Assembly: GCA_041691155.1 (NCBI GenBank) | Contig: JBEPVD010000002.1 | Span: 2,109 to 66,108 of the forward strand | Reading direction: 5' to 3' | DNA: 64,000 bases | DNA from: Candidatus Dormiibacterota bacterium | Lineage (GTDB): Bacteria > Chloroflexota > Dormibacteria > Aeolococcales > Aeolococcaceae | Part shown: in pieces, positions 63,417-64,000 of the stretch | Layout of the letters: each line of letters begins with the position of its first letter | How positions within the stretch are numbered: the stretch's first letter is position 1 | Notes under the pieces: model-generated | Seen by the model: the letters and a program-made list of their open reading frames with translations, nothing else | The model's database searches: none | Told to the model about the DNA's origin: nothing | Made by a program: the position numbers and the translations under genes

Positions 63417-64000
63417 CGCAGCTGGTCAAGCAGGCGAACATCCGGTTGCAGCCCAATGCGTTTCAGCTATTCCGTTGGGCGATCAGCGACGCGCTCGTGA
63501 TGACGCGGCGCAACTTGCTCGTCTGGATGCGGGTACCGGCGTACATCGTTTTCACGGTCGTGCAGCCGGTGATTTTCGTGTTGCTGTTCCGCTATGTCTT
63601 CGGCGGCGCGATCCGTGCTCCCGGTTCCGGCGGCTACGTCTCGTATCTCATGCCGGGGATCATTGCCCAGACTGCGGCCTTCGCAACGTTTGCCACAGCG
63701 ATCGCGCTTGCAACCGAGGCCAAGACGGGAGTCATTGATCGGTTCAGAGCCATGCCGATGTCGCGGTCGGCGGTGCTCGCCGGGCGACTCCTCGCCGATG
63801 CCATCCGCATGCTCATCGTCGTCCTGGTCATCGTGGCAGTCGGCTACGCAGTCGGATTCCGTTTCCAGAACGGCGTGCTCGGCGCCATCGGGATGGTGTT
63901 GCTCGCTGAAGCCTTTGGCGTCACGGTGTGCTCCGTCTCCGCATTTGTCGGACTCGCCATCAAGGACGAGGAGTCGGTGCAGGCATTCGGGTTGATCTGG
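63413..64000 (+). CDS. ABC-2 type transporter permease (DrrB-like), 3' truncated by the window edge
   Basis: Not in the supplied ORF track. My own translation from ATG 63413 (ATGA overlap with the ATPase stop) gives MTQLVKQANIRL...RNLLVWMRVPAYIVFTVVQPVIFVLLFRYVFGG...IDRFRAMPMSRSAVLAGRLLAD, open to the end of the window. Confidence 0.8.
   Translation, partial: MTQLVKQANIRLQPNAFQLFRWAISDALVMTRRNLLVWMRVPAYIVFTVVQPVIFVLLFRYVFGGAIRAPGSGGYVSYLMPGIIAQTAAFATFATAIALATEAKTGVIDRFRAMPMSRSAVLAGRLLADAIRMLIVVLVIVAVGYAVGFRFQNGVLGAIGMVLLAEAFGVTVCSVSAFVGLAIKDEESVQAFGLIW

Noticed and set aside
1-64000. CRISPR arrays, IS elements or transposases, toxin-antitoxin pairs, and known defence-system genes
   Set aside because: No regularly spaced short repeats are present, and no transposase, integrase, reverse-transcriptase, nuclease or helicase signature appears in any supported ORF. 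The WYL and XRE regulators present have ordinary-looking neighbours.

Overview
High-GC (about 70% in stretches counted by hand) Actinomycetota-like chromosomal segment, roughly 90% coding. I support about 66 protein-coding genes and one tRNA (tRNA-Pro, anticodon UGG). I found no rRNA, CRISPR array, transposase, integrase or phage genes. Family calls come from motifs read in the translations, not from database searches. Main content, left to right: (1) SARP regulator, nitrilase and HD-GYP/LuxR regulator. (2) A cupin / GNAT-like / M20 / N-succinylamino-acid-racemase cluster. (3) WYL regulator, secreted M1 peptidase, tyrosine phosphatase, GT87 membrane glycosyltransferase and a proline-racemase-family enzyme. 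(4) A SigJ-type sigma gene and a divergent NmrA-like gene, each with an apparent 1-nt deletion. (5) lon. (6) A Flp-like mini-gene and a lower-GC secreted beta-propeller gene bracketed by a ~70-nt direct repeat. (7) msrA plus a Cys-less cNMP/Grx-like/TrxR-like flavoprotein. (8) A tightly coupled five-gene operon (COG0720 pterin synthase, methyltransferase, GT4, SDR, FAD reductase). (9) A phaB-phaC locus with small uncharacterised partners. (10) A MarP-like protease and an L,D-transpeptidase. (11) An opuC-type ABC operon. (12) DUF2277-cydABDC. (13) Two bactofilin paralogues around a methyltransferase, downstream of an HtrA / FMN-oxidase / membrane-protein operon. (14) A YCII / ECF sigma / YCII module. 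(15) A G1 (eqolisin-type) glutamic peptidase. (16) A DrrAB-like ABC exporter running off the 3' edge. My best candidates for something undescribed are the putative pterin-glycoside operon (25.1-29.3 kb), the repeat-bracketed beta-propeller insertion (18.8-20.4 kb) and the bactofilin/methyltransferase locus (50.6-55.8 kb). All three are inference, not demonstrated function.
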